Positions 63,886-64,000 of a DNA stretch of 64,000 bases are shown piece by piece (within the stretch, counting starts at the first letter, position 1; each line of letters starts with the position of its first letter). The stretch comes from Octopus sinensis (taxonomy: Eukaryota): NCBI RefSeq assembly GCF_006345805.1, contig NC_042999.1, positions 26,040,001 to 26,104,000 on the forward strand, read 5' to 3'. The translations under genes were made by a program, and so were the position numbers. The notes under the pieces are model-generated. The model was not told the origin of the DNA and did no database searches. It saw nothing but the letters and a program-made list of their open reading frames with translations.

Positions 63886-64000
63886 ATACACTTATATACA
63901 TATATATATATAGGACTATATATGTATATATATATTATAATATATATATAATTATATATATATATGTATGTATATGTATGTTTACACATATATGAATATA

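Overview
AT-rich, microsatellite-saturated eukaryotic DNA. The SINE families and (TA)n/(TATC)n/(CATA)n density suggest an Octopus (cephalopod) genome, which is an inference without a database search. I can support no host protein-coding exon, tRNA, rRNA or CRISPR array; almost all ORF-track entries are microsatellite read-throughs. The window is a layered transposon landscape. Retroelements: a young 5'-truncated L1/Tx1-type LINE with a 528-codon intact RT C-terminal half in (TATC)n plus two 3'-end copies; decayed RTE, HERO-like and Penelope-like RT remnants; a gag/ORF1 CCHC knuckle remnant; four tRNA-derived SINE families, several with exact TSDs. DNA transposons: three maT-like (DD37D) Tc1/mariner copies, a mariner DD34D fragment, a Chapaev3-like element, a Tigger-like MITE and two MITEs with GG termini and 8-bp TSDs. 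The best leads are (i) minimal hammerhead-ribozyme motifs in short Penelope-type fragments, best at 9813-9871 (-) inside an 80-bp inverted repeat, (ii) apparent (TATC)n targeting by the Tx1-like LINE, (iii) a 99-bp duplication flanking a SINE, and (iv) about ten co-oriented Nin-type SINEs in 2.3 kb. There is a 100-N assembly gap at 54591-54690. All alignments and translations were done by eye, and family names are from recalled motifs.
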